Positions 63,304 to 64,000 of a stretch of 64,000 nucleotides of DNA are shown here, one piece after another; position 1 is the first letter of the stretch; every line of letters begins with the position of its first letter. The notes below the pieces were generated by a model. That model saw only the letters and a list, made by a program, of their open reading frames with translations, searched no databases and was not told the DNA's origin. Origin of the DNA: Lama guanicoe (taxonomy: Eukaryota); contig MU054187.1 of NCBI GenBank assembly GCA_013239625.1, positions 13,176,974 through 13,240,973 of the forward strand. Reading direction: 5' to 3'. Position numbers and translations under genes: made by a program.

Positions 63304-63546
63304 GTAATTGTATGTAATTTAAATTATTTTATCTTTGCTTCCCGCATTATTACCTCAAGGACTTTTATTGAGATTGAGATGCTTAATTGCAGGAGACTTT
63401 TCTAATAAAATGATTAATAAATAGCCCAGATGATTCAGGCTATATATACAAAATATATATGTGTATAAGAACTATCAATGAGGGATTAAGTAGGCAAACT
63501 CTTAAAAAGCAGAGGGGGAAAGATAATTAAGTTGGGGCCTCACAGA

Positions 63547-63861
63547 TGTTAAAACTAAATACAAAATGGAGACCAGACTTGAACGTTCCCTGAGCAGGCA
63601 AAACCATGTAAGCCACGTAAGCAAAGCTAAATCTAGCTTATACACGAACAGAATCCACACTTAACTTAGGTTATTTCATAAACATAAGCAAAACTTAACT
63701 TCTATAAATGCCTCTGATAACCGTAAAAGAAACACGTCGTCTTCCTAAAATTGATATGAGCTTATCCTTTTAACCCATCCCCTGCTTTCTGGAAAACCTC
63801 CATTCTAATAACCGATCATTACAAAGGTTAAACTACTTTCTCATTTTCACTTTAGAAGCCA
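63547..63861 (+). mobile_element. MER89/MER90-like ERV1-class LTR (interrupted)
   Basis: tgttaaaac..aaaatggagaccagacttgaa..ttccctgagcaggcaaaacca..aaacataagcaaaacttaactt. Confidence 0.6.
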
Positions 63862-64000
63862 CTCTGGGGAAATATACACAAAATGTTATGATAAATCACA
63901 GAGAAAAAAATGTGACAATGAGTGTGTATATGTCCATGAATGACTGAAAAATTGTGCTGAACACTGGAATTTGACACAACATTGTAAAATGATTATAAAT
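63862..64000 (+). mobile_element. Young lineage-specific L1 3' end (runs off the window)
   Basis: gggaaatatacacaaaatgttatgata..gaaaaaaatgtgacaatgag..gactgaaaaattgtgctgaacactggaatttgacacaacattgtaaaatga. Confidence 0.85.

Noticed and set aside
1..64000. CRISPR array, operon or prokaryotic defence system
   Set aside because: No regularly spaced repeat-spacer structure and no dense long ORFs; the repeat content is clearly mammalian

Overview
This is mammalian (eutherian) non-coding genomic DNA. It is probably from a camelid: two tRNA-Ala-derived SINEs resemble the camelid Vic-1 family, alongside pan-mammalian MIR, L2, MaLR/ERVL LTRs, hAT MITEs and L1s of several ages. I cannot support any protein-coding gene, RNA gene or CRISPR array. 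The ORF track reflects chance ORFs, simple repeats and decayed L1 ORF2, so the window looks intronic or intergenic. Repeat-dense blocks flank two long repeat-poor stretches (about 21.6-30.5 kb and 33.1-41.5 kb) that hold transcription-factor motif clusters and a few splice-signal-flanked candidate exons. The most notable details are: a 28-bp inversion of target DNA at a young L1 insertion; two SINE target-site duplications whose copies differ by reciprocal CpG decay; a deeply nested transposon stack; and a possible 7-nt microexon plus two frame-compatible candidate exons on the + strand. I found no convincing new biological system. Repeat family names and boundaries were assigned by eye from remembered consensus sequences and are approximate.
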